64,000 nucleotides of DNA from Eledone cirrhosa (GCA_964016885.1 OZ024741.1:96224001-96288000); one strand, 5' to 3'; positions 1-14,360 are shown, counted from the first letter of the stretch. The notes: generated by a model not told the origin, from the sequence alone. A program made the numbers and translations.

Positions 1-301
1 TGTTACATAGAGCATTAGTAAAGTTACAAGCTGCAACATTATTTCTATTATGAACCATGGATAGATTTTCAGTGAAAATGCAAATTAATTAGTCATTAAA
101 TAGCAATTCTATGTTTGACAGTAATAAGCCTTTTCTGGGCACTATTAATTGTTGCAGCTAAATGGGTGAATAGAAGCAGCAGGGATAAAGGGGTTCAAGC
201 TGTTACCGATATTTCAGTCAATATCGACTCACATATGTAATACTTCTAACAGAAGATGCGCATGTTTGGGAGACCGTGGAGGAAAACTTTTATAATACAA
301 C

Positions 302-501
302 NNNNNNNNNNNNNNNNNNNNNNNNNNNNNNNNNNNNNNNNNNNNNNNNNNNNNNNNNNNNNNNNNNNNNNNNNNNNNNNNNNNNNNNNNNNNNNNNNNN
401 NNNNNNNNNNNNNNNNNNNNNNNNNNNNNNNNNNNNNNNNNNNNNNNNNNNNNNNNNNNNNNNNNNNNNNNNNNNNNNNNNNNNNNNNNNNNNNNNNNNN
501 N
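302..501. other. Assembly gap (200 N)
   Basis: Run of N characters. Confidence 0.99.
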
Positions 502-989
502 CTTAAAGCCTTTCTATTTTGCGAACGTTACAAGCAGCAAATTCTCCGTAGCCACAAATATTTTACTTCGGTTAGGAGGAGTGGGTGTTTTGCTACAGTT
601 TTCTAGTAAATCTTCAGCCTCAATAAAGCACGTTAAACTGTTTCTTTTAGTGGCTTCTCTCCTTGACTCCAATGAAAAGCTTTTCAAGAGGAAAGTGGTT
701 AACTATGTAAGACAAGAGGGTTATATTGTTGAGAAATTACATAACCACGTATACAAACACACACACATCTATCTATCTATTTCCGGATGATATAGACGTT
801 TTTCACATCGGCTCCTCGATTATTGGATATATTACGTGTTAACGGTAAGTGTTTGTCTGTATTCTTGCGTTATTGTGTTAATTAACCCCCTTGCCTGGGT
901 CTTCGCATATTAGGGTTAATTTATTTCACCCCTTTTAGGGTGAAATGTTTCATCCTAAAAATCTTGTAATTACCTCTACGCTAGTGGTA

Positions 990-2660
990 ATGGAAGCCAT
1001 TACCGCAGGTAACGATGACACGCCCACTAAACAAACTGAAGGAGAGCGGGGTAGCGGGTGCAACAAGCCTCCCTACTGAAAGAATAATGATTATTAGAAA
1101 CATTTAAAAAATGGAGCCTAACCCTAATGAAAAAAATTGACTCGGAGAAATTGCCAACATTAATGGATGCCGTTTCGACTTTTCACGGCGCCACACCCAC
1201 CAGCAAAGGTGAAAGAGAAGTAGTAGCTGTGACTACAAGTCTCTCGGATACTGAAAATATAAGTGAACATATTGAAAAAATGGAGTCTAACCCCAACGGG
1301 GAAAAAAATGTGAACGCATACACCAACATAAATAACACAAACACAACAAAAAATGAAAATTGTAACAACAAAAGACAAGAAAACAACCACATTTCGACAC
1401 ATGTAAACAAAGAGGGGGCGAACAAAATGACGTTCACTCAAACTACGAAAAAAACATTGTGTGTGAACCTATTGACATTTCGAACATGGCCCAGCAAATG
1501 GAAAATGCACGGAAGTATATAACTTTGGAGGAGAATGGTCTATTTTCGTTAAATTCTCCCCCAGAGCTAAAAAAAGGAAAATAGCTTAAAAACTATTATT
1601 TATAGGACAATATCAAACAATACCCGTAAGCCAGTACAACTCACACAGACAGAGATTGAACTGGCTTTAAAAGATCATCTGAAAAACATTGTATTCATTC
1701 GGAATGAAAGATAAATTGACGGCCGAAAAACATTCCCTGGCCCCAATTGTGTCCCCCTTATTTACCTTCTTCCCCACTTATTTGGGAAGAAGAACGCAAA
1801 TATTGACCATACACAGTATCGATCCGGATATTGATTTCTGGGCGGTACTGTGTGGCCTCTTCGACTTGAAAGAGGAAGCAGTAATTTCGGTAGGTAAGTC
1901 TTCCAGCAACGTGTTCGGTGGAACTAGCATGCAAGTTCTGGTGCAAATGCAAGCCAGAACGAATTGCTAGGATCCCCGACCGCATATTGCTGGATGGGCT
2001 TGCCTACTTACACATCACAGTGGACGGTAGAAGACCCGCTTGTTACCTCTGTGGTGGCAGAGGTCACCTGAGGGCTGCCTGTTCCCAAGCAAACAAAAAA
2101 AAAACACCGATTTTGCCGACACCAACAACTACAACACAACCAACACAACCTCCACCCCACCACCACCACAAAAACAACTAACACCACAAGTTAAAACACA
2201 ACTGAAAACAATTCCCCCCATCCCCCCCCCCCACAGAAAACAAATACAATAACACCCACACCACAAACACGAGCCGAAAATGTACCCCTCCCCTCGAATA
2301 CGGAAGACGACCCCCTTTCGTCGTCAGACGAGGGGTGGAACACTTTCATAAAGTTAAAAGAAAAAAAAGAAAACACACCACAGGAACACAAATACAAACA
2401 ACACCTCCCCAATACATAACACAGACATCAACACAAAAACACACACAGCAACAGCAAACAAAAAACATCACACAAAAAGAAAAATATGCATACACTTACA
2501 TAAACACAATAAACAAAAAACTGTTAAACGTTATTTATAATAACAACTTAATAAAAACCGAAGGTTCGAATTTCGCACAAGCAAAATGATAAAAGCCACA
2601 ATGGACATTTACAAAACGTTAAAAGACACCTTTAAAGGGGACGTGGGGCCCCCCTGCGTC
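990..2660 (+). pseudogene. LINE ORF1 (gag-like nucleic-acid-binding protein), frameshifted
   Basis: Fragment 1918-2181 has GRRPACYLCGGRGHLRAAC (CX2CX4HX4C knuckle) preceded by IPDRILLDG, typical of L1/Tx1 ORF1. Broken across several frames; ends are approximate. Confidence 0.75.
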
Positions 2661-2839
2661 AGACCCATTAAGCGTGTCCTCCTAAAAAATCCCCCCCAGA
2701 CACCCACACAACTCCAAACACCCCAACCCCACCACACACTGATGCCCCTACACTTCCACCAACCACCACCCCACCTAACAACCCACCCCCCACCCCCATG
2801 GAAATTGTGCGACCCGGTCCCCGGGACGCAGAGAGGTAA

Positions 2840-5800
2840 GTGGCTTTTCTCTTTACCACCAACATGGCTGTGTTGAGAGTAGGTTGTCTAAATGCGCGTG
2901 GCTTGGGCTCACCTTGGAATCAAGCAATGCTTCTAAATGACCTCAGGTCACGATGTATAAATGTGATGGTTATTTGCGAAACCCGGATCAGCAGCGTGCG
3001 ACAGCTCGCCCCCACCTTTGATGACTTTGAGATGCACGCATCTCTCTGTCAGCCCGGAGGTGGGGGTGGGGTTGTCGTGCTGCTGCAAAAACATCTGGGT
3101 CTCGCTACACAGAAGGTACACTTGGACCCGGAGGGTCGACTAGTGGTTCTGGATCTTAGCAGTGGTGAAGGCGGAGCTTTTAGGCTGGTCGCCATCTACG
3201 GCCCTTTTGGGTCAACGCGGCCGGATTTCTTCCATCGTCTGGAGACTTTTCTAGGGACGTCCCGCTCCTTGCTTTTAGTGGGAGACTGGAATGGTATCCT
3301 AGATGCACGTTGGGACTATGTAGGGGTATGTCCTGATAGAGGGGGTTGTAACAGCTTCAAGGGGTTAATCGGCCGATTCGACCTGCCGATAGATATTGAC
3401 TAGATTTTCCGACTGTGCCAACCTGGACTTGGACAAACCATAACGGTCAATCTAGATCGTACCTAGATAGGTTCTTAGTTAGAAATAAGGATAGGGACTT
3501 TTTAAGTTGTCCAGAAATGCTCATGGTTGGCTATTCAGACCACAAGTTAGTGACCTCCATGGTCAACCTTGATAGAACGCATAGACAGGGACCCAGTTAC
3601 TGGAAGCTCAACTTGTCTTTACCGGCAAGTAAAGCTTACAGGGACCGGATTAGTACTTTAGTTAAGGAGCGGTTGACGGGCGCCATCATCAACAGCAGGT
3701 GGTGGGACTCTCTCAAAAGAGAGATTAGAGTAGCTTAAATAGGAGTTAGTAAGGAGTTAGCCTCAGATAGAAATAGGATGGAAGGGGAGTTGGTAGATAG
3801 TGTAGAAGAGGCAATTAGATTCGGCGACGTTGCCAGAGTGCTAGCGTCGAGAACGGCCTTAGGCCAGTTCTTCGACGCGAAACACAAAGGCTGCGTTGTC
3901 CGAAGCAAAATACGTGCTCTGGGAGGGAAACGGTGAGACCAAAGCTGTTAGCTGGGCCCGCGTGACAGAAGCCAAAAATGGGATTAGATCCACTATCCGG
4001 TCTTTGCGAGACCAGGATGGACGGGTGATCCTTGAACCTAAGCAGATGTGCGAGGGATTTCAAAGGCACTTTGCTCGATTGTTCGGAAGGGGCGGGGGGG
4101 GGGGGGGGGATGTGGACCTCGGTCCATACCTCGACAGCCTGCCGCGTCTTTCGGACGAGGAGGCGAAGTCGTGCGAGAGGCCGATCTCAGCTGCTGAAAT
4201 AGGGGACGTGCTGAGCCAATGCGGCAGACGAAAATCTCCGGGCCTCGATGGTCTTCCATACGAACTGTATTTAAATATGCCGGACTTGTTCTTCGATCTC
4301 CTCGAGGCGGTCTACTGGCAACAGAACGGGAGAATTACCTGTTCTGTGACCAAGGGCGTAGTCTCGCTAGTGAGGAAGGACGAGAACAAGGGGATGAAAT
4401 AAGTAATTTTAGGCCCATAACTCTGCTAAATGCAGAGTTAAAGATTTTGGCCAAAGTCTTAGTAAAGAGGTTGGCGCTTGTCGTGGACAACCTGGTGGGA
4501 GATGCGCAGACATGCGCCATCCCGTCCAGGTCCATTCACGACAACCTCCATCTCATGCGATACATCATAGAGAGGGTTGGGAATGAACCCGGTTTTGATG
4601 GGGCTCTGATAAACTTAGATCAATCTAAGACGTTCGATAGGGTCGACCATCGTTTCCTGGATGCGGTGCTAGTGGCGGCAGGTTTCGGACCCGTTTTCAG
4701 GGGCTGGATCACTGCCATGTACAACAGCCGCATCTGCTCTAGGGTCAAGGTGAACGGCTACCTCTCGGAGCCGTTCGAAATCACGCGGTCCATCCGACAG
4801 GGTTGTCCTCTCTCCTCCCTTCTGTATGTATTGGCCCTACAGCCACTGCTGCGGAAGTTGGAGTTGTTAAAGGACATCCCTTTGGAACCGGGATTGCGGA
4901 AAGCGGTGTCGGCCTACGCCGATGACGTGACAGTAATGGTGTCAACCGATCGGAAATTGGGGTGATCGGCACCTTACTGGAGGAATACGAAAAGTTTACA
5001 GGGGCTAGGCTGAACCGGGACAAGTCACTCGGTTTGCAACTCGGCGAGTGGAGGGGCAAACCGATGGCCTCCAACGGCGTCGTTGGACGGAGGGGCCGGT
5101 GAAGTTGCTCGGTGTCTGGTTCGGGCCAGACCTCCAGGTGGAGAAGAACTGGGGAGAGGTATCGAACAGGGTGTTTGCGCTGACACAGAAGTGGGCTGAG
5201 TGCAAACTATCCCTGAAAGGTCGGGCGGAGGTGGCGAACGCTTATATAGCGTCCGTCATCTATTACCGCCTGACCGTCGTGCCTTGCCCAAGGGAAACGC
5301 TCACCAAAATGGAGCGCGCACTCTTCCAATTCCTTTGGAAGAAGCGGGCTCCTTTGGTGAGGAGATCCATCTGCTGTCAACTCCCTTCGAAAGGAGGGCT
5401 GGGGATGCCGTGGCTGCTGATGCGTAAACATGCATTAAGGCTACGGCACCTCCAGGTATTCCTCACCGGTCAACCGGTGTGGGCCCTGTTTGTGAGTCGA
5501 GCCTTTCCGAGACTCGCTCACCGAGCTGCAGTCCTGGGTCAAGCAAAGACCGAGAAAACTGGGCGCCTGGCACACCGAGTGTTCCCGGCGCTCACGGCTC
5601 TCTGGCAGGCCGACCCGGCTATCGGTGGAGACTCCACCTCGTCATTCTATAGAGGGCTGGTGGTTTGTAGGTGCGACGACGCCTTCGGACAAGCCCTAGG
5701 CACGGAAGAAGACGAACTGGCCAGCCTATTCAGGAGGACATTTGGCCCGGGACCTATGGACAACTTCCAGAGGTCCCTGGCCTGGCAGTGCTACCAAGGG

Positions 5801-6283
5801 GCGCTGCCCGTTCGAGAAAAGATCTACAGACACGGGCGCCCGGGTAGGGACCCCTCGAAAAAGATCTGTCCCAGATGCGTGCGCGACGAGGAAACCGTTG
5901 CGCACGCATTGGTACACTGCTCGGGCGTTGCCGATCTGTGGGGCTATGTCGGACGACTGCTGCCACGGGTGGGACCAATCCGGTTGACCACCGAGTCCAT
6001 TGTAACGATCAAGCCGCCTCCCCACTTCAAAAATGAAGGAGAGGCGGTCTTCCTTTGTGTAATAGCCATGGTGAAAGAGGTGGTATGGTGGACACGTTTG
6101 AAAGGGCTGAGGTCGGACACCTTTCTCTCTGGCCAACAACTGGTCCTTTTCTTTAAATACCACTTTAAGAGAAGGAGCAGAATGGAGAGAGAGGTGCTCT
6201 ACCCCAGCAAGTTTTAAGAAAGGTGGGTGAAAGTAGCGAGAATGGCCCGTGTAAATGGGCCTTCTCTCTTTATCAGCCTGTAG
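2840..6283 (+). pseudogene. LINE ORF2 (APE endonuclease + reverse transcriptase + C-terminal Zn finger), multiple frameshifts and stops
   Basis: Motifs LNARGL, GDWN, SYLDRF, SDHK, KSPGLDGLP, NFRPITLLN, RQGCPLS, YADD and CPRC..ETVAHALVHC lie across ORFs 2840-3403, 3415-3738, 3896-4402, 4219-4965 and 5048-6217. Confidence 0.95.
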
Positions 6284-6507
6284 GTGGAAAGGTGGAAGAT
6301 CAAAGGAGCACCCCCTCTCTGTGCTCCTAAGGAAAAGGGTTGCACACTTTTTTGGGTGTGTGTGTAACCCCCAAAACGCCTCCTCCCTATTGAGGACTGT
6401 ATTGTTAATTTTATATTTGTTATTTGTTTTTTACTCGTTCTTTTATGTAACCCCCTACCTTGTATTTGTCCCCTTCTTTTGTGCCCTCGTGGCAAATAAA
6501 TAGAAAC

Positions 6508-6559
<52 letters not shown>

Positions 6560-6671
6560 TTATCTATGTCTCTCTCTCCCCCTATCTCCTTTACACATAC
6601 ACACACACACATATACATACATACACACACACACATACACACACACACATACATACATACATACATACATA

Positions 6672-6849
6672 CATGAGGGTTGACTGAAAAGTTCATAGGC
6701 TGAATAAATGAGGTTCATTTCAACAAAGTCCCTAGAAAGTAACAATGCAGTTATTAATTATTAAGGGCCGAAATTAATGCATGCAAGATTCATAGCTCTC
6801 GTACTACTCTGGCATAGTCAGCCTATAAACGTTTCAACCCAGCCTTGTA
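6672..6849. mobile_element. Tc1/mariner-like MITE (~180 bp)
   Basis: Imperfect ~30-bp TIRs: ATGAGGGTTGACTGAAAAGTTCATAGGCTGA and TCAGCCTATAAACGTTTCAACCCAGCCTTGTA. TA-rich flanks; no ORF. Confidence 0.6.
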
Positions 6850-6883
6850 TATAAATATATATATATGTATATAAATATATATA

Positions 6884-6961
<78 letters not shown>

Positions 6962-7386
6962 TACAGGTGAAGAGTTAGGCTGTGTGGTTACTGAAAACGA
7001 AGGGTTAGAAGGTAAACGGGACGTAAACAAAAGAAGAAAAGTATCCCTTCATCAGCTGTTTATATCATAGATGTTTCAGCGCTTAAAACAGAACATCGAT
7101 CTGTAGCGCGCCCATGGCCTTTTATCCATCATATATATATATATATATATGAATCTGATATACCCGCAACGATGAAGAATTTTTATGCAAACACATTATT
7201 TCAGTATCTATAAAGTCAAGTTACATATCCAACCTTAGCTTAGTACATTCCATAATTTTGTTACGCCAAAACGAGAAAGAGGGGCTGCACTGAAAGAAGG
7301 GACAGGGCGAGAAATAAAGTATTGGAATAGAACTATATTGTTTTAGATTAGATAGATGATTCGATAAGTGGCAGTGTGATTCCTTG

Positions 7387-7432
<46 letters not shown>

Positions 7433-9158
7433 GAGAATGAAGCAAGTGGAACAGGCAGACACATGAGTGTACAGTAAAATATAGAGACGTGTAAGAGAAG
7501 ATATAGTATGAGCCCGAGCGGGGACTTGCAAATTAGAAGACTAAACTCTAAAACAGAATAGAGAAATAATATGATAAAATAACACGGGTAGGGTGAAGAA
7601 GGCCATGGAATGAAAACTCACAATCTGTGAAATTAGATGTTTGCGTCGAGCAGCTGGTAAAAACACAAGGGGTTAGATAAGAAATGATATCATTAGACAG
7701 ATGGTTGGTGCAATGTGTCTTACTAGCTCTATAGCTCAGCGACGTATAAAATGGCTCGTTTCATGATAAACTAGCCCTGGAAATCTATACAAGCAAGTGT
7801 TCGAGCTTTAGAGTGAGAGAAAGGCCACATAGCTGATGAATAAAGGGAGTTGTAGTCACATTCCATATAGCCAACATGGTACTACTACTAGCTTTAAGTG
7901 CTGCTGTAGACCACCAGCTCCATCTTCCTGTGTTAAACTTCCATTAGAAGTTCCTGAACAAATAAAAACAACCACAAGACACCATTCAGTACCATAGCTC
8001 TTAATATAAAACATTGTATACACTAGTACGTCTTATGGTGTTGTAATTACTGTTATATCAGTCTGAGACTGATAATTACGACGTAATTTACGCTGTATAT
8101 AAGGGTTAAATATATTTAAGGCTACTTGAGTTTGGACAGTCTCTAAAGTAGTGTTTGTAAAACAAAGATGCGTCACACTCAGTGAAAAATATGAGGGCAG
8201 TAAATTGTTTTATGTAATACCAACCTTATTATGTTCATATAAAAAGATGTATTATGTTTATTGTTAAATACATCTGGAAGCCTAATATCAATTCTAAACT
8301 TTAAATGAGATGATAATTAAGAAACAGTAATTGTTAAACGACTAGCAATTATTTTAATACTAAATATTAAGTATCGCCACTTCGAAGAGAGATGTTATTA
8401 AATGCCAATTTCTACAAAGTGCTTCTGATATTGATCTGATTTCAAAAGTTTCTCCGCGAAGGGTTCACAACATCCCAAACTTCTCACGGTGCTCGCTTGG
8501 ATTCGCTCCCACATTGCAATCTAAGGGGCACGATAATTTTAATGTGCACTTACTTTTGTAAAAGATGCTGTTGGTGGTTCTGGATGTGTTTCATGGGATT
8601 AGGAAGCAGTGTTTGTCGTGAATTGACATAATCATAGAGCGTCCGAAAAATGTTTCCCGTCCTGAATTCAAACCCGGCCACGGTCAAATTCAAATTTAAC
8701 CCAACCATGGTTGATAGAATAAAGTACCAGTTAATTATTACGATTAATCCTTCTTCACTTCTCGCTCTTATCTCTCTCTCATACTCTCTGAATTGGCTGC
8801 GCTGTGAGAAGAACTTTGGAGACCAACACTTACTATTTCTTTCCAGTCTCACGCATATGATGATGATATGAGCTATATTGTCCCATGTACAGTTTCCTTT
8901 TTAAATCGGTAGGGAGTGATTTGAAGAATATTTGACTGCTAATAATAGCAGCTCAAGCAACTACTTAGAGTAAGGATTCAACGTTTACCCCACCATATCA
9001 CCATGAATAAGGCGCTAAAAGTGTTATGGCATACCATCAGCTTTAATATCTAATGAGAACAATTACACACATACATATATACAAACAAACACACATACCA
9101 ACTCATACACACATAGCGATTGTATAGTAGTTTGAAGCTTGATAAAGTTGGAAAGGAA

Positions 9159-9194
9159 TCTTAACATTTCGGACGCTAGTCCTTCATCGGAAAA
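9159..9194 (-). ncRNA. Minimal type I hammerhead ribozyme, U4C core variant
   Basis: Minus strand reads TTTT CCGATGA A GGAC TAGC GTCC GAAA TGTTA AGA. Same family as 55555-55593. Confidence 0.55.
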
Positions 9195-9959
9195 TAGTAT
9201 AAGAGACAGAAAAGAGAATGTTTGCAAGAGAGAAGAAGAAAAAGGTAAATACATGAGAGTAAGAAAAGAAAGAAATCGGGGAAATGTAGAGTGGAGGGAG
9301 ATCACATTTTGTTGTTAGTTAGCTATCTTGAAAGAATAAAAAAATATCTAGCAATCTCATGATCAAAGACTTGCCAGCTATGATAACCCCGTTTCTTTTT
9401 TTTGCTTTTGTTTTGCTGGCAGGCATAATGTGTCAAAAACTACCGTGCTTTCCCTTTTAAAATGATAGGACATGATCCTCGAGAAACTTAGCAGCTGTTT
9501 CCAAAATATTTCTAACTGAATCCTGTCAGTGGGTTGGAGGCCCAGAAATGATAAAATATGGTGTGAGAAAGTGGGATAAGGCATAAGTGTCAGGGGATAT
9601 ATGTGGGGTCGAGGTTATGTTCTTGGAAAAAGTGTGGGAAATATGTAAATGTTAAGGCTAAAGGTGTCTTTGAGTGTCAGGTGTTTCAGTGTGTGTGACC
9701 TCCCGGGAAATCGGTGTGTGGGGGTTAGCATGACTGTGCGCACACGCGCGCGCGCGTGTGTGTGTGTGTGTAGTCATATGTGGTGTGAGAAATGTAGGAT
9801 TTGTATGTGAGTGTGTGTTGATGTATACGATAGGTAGACGTGGAGTCACTGTGCGGGGAGACATATGTGGTGAATGGAGGCGATGTCAGCACTAGGTTGG
9901 GGAAGGTGAGTGATAAGTGGGGGTGGAGAAGCTATATGGATGGAACAAATATGTGTCGA

Positions 9960-10018
9960 GTAAAGGTGAAAACATTGTGGAGGTTGAGGAGAAGAGGGAA
10001 GAATTCAGAAACGTGTTG

Positions 10019-10049
<31 letters not shown>

Positions 10050-10110
10050 ATACAAAACGTTTCTGAATTCTTCCCTCTTCTCCTCAACCTCCACAATGTT
10101 TTCACCTTTA
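9960..10110. repeat. Inverted repeat, ~54-bp arms around a (TA)-rich spacer
   Basis: TAAAGGTGAAAACATTGTGG...TTCAGAAACGT is mirrored by ACGTTTCTGAA...TTTTCACCTTTA. Confidence 0.85.
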
Positions 10111-10120
10111 ATCAACACAT

Positions 10121-10181
<61 letters not shown>

Positions 10182-10418
10182 ATATATATAAATATATATA
10201 TATATATATATTATTATATTTGGGGAGGGTCATATTAGTGTAATATTGCCAGAATTAATAACAGAACACACTCACTGTTTGGTTGGTTTTCGCTTCTCGC
10301 TTCTGTGTCTTTTATATCGGTAATCTAACTTACTCGGTCCTCAATGTTGCCATTGACTGACCGACGGTCAAAAATAATACAGATGCAATATAGACACAAA
10401 CACATATATATAGTTTAT

Positions 10419-10456
10419 CATAAATCTTTCGTTGCACATCTGCAACATCGTCAGTG
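10419..10456 (-). ncRNA. Minimal type I hammerhead ribozyme in the PLE-A pseudo-LTR
   Basis: CA CTGACGA T GTTGCA GATG TGCAAC GAAA GATT TA TG. Same strand as, and downstream of, the PLE ORF. Stem I is short. Confidence 0.7.
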
Positions 10457-10697
10457 GTGCTATCTTTTCCTCCTGTTGTATTGTATGTCTACGCCATTTT
10501 TATTCAGTCTGTCTATATATTTATTTATTTATTTGCTTGTTTGTTTATATGATTTTGTCTTCTTTGCGCATGCGTTTGCGTGTGTATATAGTGTTTTGTT
10601 TGCTGTGTGATGGGTGACTAGTGTGTGTTTATGTGCTTGTTGTTATTGTGCTTGTGTATGTATGTATTTATTTATTTATTTTATTTTATTTGCTTAT

Positions 10698-12436
10698 TTA
10701 TACTTCTCTTTGGTCAGTGTTGTTTGTTTGGGTGTTGTTGTTATTCCATTCATTCTTTCTGTTTAGTCTTGGTCTTCTAATTTCTATTTTACTGGCCTTT
10801 CTGATTTGCCTATCTGCTGGGTCATTTCTATGTTTAGATATTATTCTAATTTCTATGTTGTCTATGTTACCGTCATGTTGTTGTCTAGCATGTTCGTATA
10901 GTACTGACCCGTTTTTTTGTCCTTTTAGTTCCCCCCAGTGTTGGTCTATCCTTTCACCTATGCTACGAGCTGTCTCACCTATGTATGTTGTTGTCATGTT
11001 TCTGCAAGTACCCTCTGTACATCTTATGCTATAGACTACGTTTCTAGTTTTACAGTTTATCCGGGGGTTTACCTTACATATGATACATTTCCTATTGGTA
11101 CAGTGGGTTTTCTTAAAAGGGTAGGTTTTGCTGATGAGGGATTTTATGGTGGTTCCTGACTTTTCTACCACCTTAATTTTAAAGTGGGTCTTTCTCAGGG
11201 CCTTTCTACACTGGTTAGCTAATTTCCCTCCAGGGGTAGCGTCCACAAACATGACACTCTGGTATCTCTGGTTGTCGTACCATGAGGTGGCTTTCCCTAT
11301 CTTATGTCTAGCCCTATCTAAGCTATTCCATGATTTGCTCCTGTATAATGGGCAAATTCCTTTCATGTCCAGTTTTATGAGGGTCTTATACTTCTCCATG
11401 GCTCCTTCGTATACTCTGACTCTGTCTCTTTGGTTGTAGCCAGAGAACTGCATGCGGTTGATGAAGTGTTGGATGTGTCTTTCCATTTCTGTTGGGTCGG
11501 ACATGCGGGACACATTCTTCATCACTCGTACCAAATCTGCGATCAGAATATTAAACTTAGCACTACTGGACATTGCTGAGTTTTTGAGTATCAGGTATTT
11601 GGAGGCCATGGGTTTAGCATAATGTGAGTGGAGAATTTGGGCTCTCTCGTCTATAGTGTTAATCCAGAGTTCTGTGTCTAATACAGGTAGTCTATTGTTA
11701 GGGTGTTTGGAAGGGAAGTCGATAGTTACAGTTATACTCTGGTGTATGGAATTAGCTATCTGCTGGATGCTTTCCATCGTGCTACGTTCTAAATCAAACT
11801 TGTTAGTGCTCTCTAGTGGGGATGTTCCTATAACTATATTGATATCGTCTACATAACGAGAGTACATGATGAGGTCTATGGAGCTCTCATTAAGGAGATC
11901 TTTAAGTCTCCTTTCCCACCATACCATGAAAAGGTTGGCAACATCACCAGCTATGCTGACGCCGATGTCTGCTCCCTCATTTTGGGTGTAGATCTTCTCG
12001 TTGAACTTAAATATGTGGCCCTTTAGGGTAGTTTTGATACTAGCCCCTATTGCATGTGCGACCATTTTTCTTACCTGATCATTGTTTTGGGGGGGTCCGT
12101 ATAGCTTTGGTCCACCCAATCCACCTTCCCATGGGAGTCTTTTTTGACATTGAGGTTATGGTGGGGGGTCTACATCTTATAGTTCTACTAGGGCAGACAC
12201 GTCTAAGGTCATGGCTGTCTAGGTAGTCAGTGTCGTAGGTAAGTCTAAGTAGGAGGCCCAGTTCGTCTGTGTCGACGTCGCAGAACTCCACCTCACTCTC
12301 AATGATCATCTCCACACATCTTTTCACAGCAAAATCAATGTTAATGGATGGGTACAGTGACACCACATCCATGCTGCCTATTATGCTGTTGGATAGGTTC
12401 CTGTTTTTGTTGCACTCACTGATTCTCGCAAAACTA
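10698..12436 (-). pseudogene. PLE reverse transcriptase + C-terminal GIY-YIG endonuclease (one frameshift near 12100; N-terminus missing)
   Basis: [12 protein letters not shown] in the 12079-12582 frame, then GADIGVSIAGDVANLFM, RYVDDI, LPVLD, NVVYSIRC...YIGETAR...R..QH and a CCHH pattern in the 473-aa ORF. Confidence 0.92.
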
Positions 12437-12463
12437 TATATATATAAATATATATATATAAAT

Positions 12464-12508
<45 letters not shown>

Positions 12509-12523
12509 TATATATATATAAAT

Positions 12524-12568
<45 letters not shown>

Positions 12569-12773
12569 GATAAATCTACCAAGAGTTTACGGTAGTGTCC
12601 AATCCGTATGAAGAACTCAATGTAATCCGGATATCATGGAAAGAAGGGATGCATTCAAAAATCACATTCGGTGAAAGATAAACGGAATACAGTCAAGATA
12701 AAATATTAAAAAAATATTAAAAAAATAATGAATAAAACAATGAAACAGTTCCTTATATTAAACAAAAAAAGTT

Positions 12774-12922
12774 CATTATTTAACGATCGTTTCTAGGACA
12801 TATATGTGTTAGAATTGGCATGCATATTCAACAGATCTATGTACAAAATTATACAAAATTATACAAACTATCAAATTTAATATACATACCAACACATTTA
12901 TATGCCGTCTTCAGAAATAATG
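12774..12922 (-). ncRNA. Type I hammerhead ribozyme with ~114-nt extended stem II
   Basis: CATTATTT CTGAAGA [CGGCATATAAATGTGTTGG...CTAACACATATATGTCCTA] GAAAC GATC GTT AAATAATG. Perfect 8-bp stem I and palindromic stem III. Confidence 0.7.
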
Positions 12923-13509
12923 AAATATATTTATTGATAATAACAACAATTCAAAATTACAGGTCTGTTTGGGAACAGAGTTCAAATTGACCAATGAAAT
13001 ACACAAAAAAATATATCCAGAATATACAGTTAGGTGTGTGTATATATGTAAGTAACTTCGTTCACAGATATGCATAAAAATATATGTTCACATGCATACG
13101 CATGTCGAAAAAATGTATGTAAATACAAAAATTCAGGGCTAATGTCTCTGTATGTTTATAATCTACAGATAAAATACATACACGTATATAAACATATATA
13201 CATTCATATATACACACATAAACATACATTCACACACACACGCGCATATACGCATAAACATACACATAACCACGAACATACACACACACACACACCCACA
13301 CACACACACACATATATACATGTGTATATATTATTATCATAAGCATATGGACATTAAGGCGCGCACATAAGCACTGCCACATATATTTAGATCCAGATAC
13401 AGAAAGTAGGTGGGGGGGGGGGGTCAGTATTTACTGGTGTCAGACAAACTGCCTATTTAAAAATGTATCTATAAATTTAGAAATAAAAAGAAGAATATTA
13501 AAAAAAAAT

Positions 13510-13826
13510 ATATATATATAAACAAGTAAAATATAAAATACACATCGATATATATATATATACATATATACATACACATATATATATATATATATACACA
13601 TATATATACATATATATACACACACATATATATAGAGACACATACATATACACACATAAATACATAGACACATATACATACACACATATATATATATATA
13701 CATATTCACAACACACACATATATATATATATATACACACACACACATGTACATACACATATACACATACATACCCATATATACATATATATACACACAC
13801 ATACACACACACATATACACACACAC

Positions 13827-13899
<73 letters not shown>

Positions 13900-14051
13900 C
13901 ATACATACGTACACATATATACACACACACACACACATACACATACATATACGCATATATACACACACACACATCCATGTATGCATATACACATACAACT
14001 ACACGCTCACACAACTCAGACATACATAAATAAAGAGATATACATACACAC

Positions 14052-14142
<91 letters not shown>

Positions 14143-14205
14143 TATATATATACACACATAAATATATATACACACACACACACACACACATATACATACA
14201 CATAT

Positions 14206-14298
<93 letters not shown>

Positions 14299-14360
14299 CA
14301 TATATATAAAATAAATAAATAAATAAATAAATAAATACACACAGTCAGACAATTATGCAC

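Larger units (their letters stand above)
781..6508 (+). mobile_element. L1-clade (Tx1-like) non-LTR retrotransposon, near full length, decayed (copy A)
   Basis: ORF1 fragments with a CCHC knuckle followed by APE-RT-CCHC ORF2 fragments. The 3' UTR ends GTGGCAAATAAA and runs into (TATC)n. Colinear with the copy at 32574-36404. The 5' boundary is approximate. Confidence 0.9.
10219..12436 (-). mobile_element. Penelope-like element A, 5'-truncated, with 3' pseudo-LTR
   Basis: RT + GIY-YIG coding region followed by a ~420-bp segment that recurs as a solo copy at 62463-62900 and carries a hammerhead. Both ends are in (TA)n. Confidence 0.9.

Noticed and set aside
3815-6163. Overlapping and antisense ORFs within the LINE ORF2 regions (also 33155-36405 and 58497-61160)
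   Set aside because: Shadow frames of GC-rich retroelement coding sequence with no independent motifs.
7040-7130. CTGATGA and GAAAC motifs on the minus strand
   Set aside because: Order and pairing do not close three stems; at best a truncated remnant.
8550-8871. 100-aa and 73-aa ORFs
   Set aside because: No recognisable motifs; within chance expectation.
10698-12436. Selenoprotein-type (Naiad-like) PLE
   Set aside because: The endonuclease is C-terminal and the Cys positions are ordinary codons in an open frame, with no in-frame UGA pattern.
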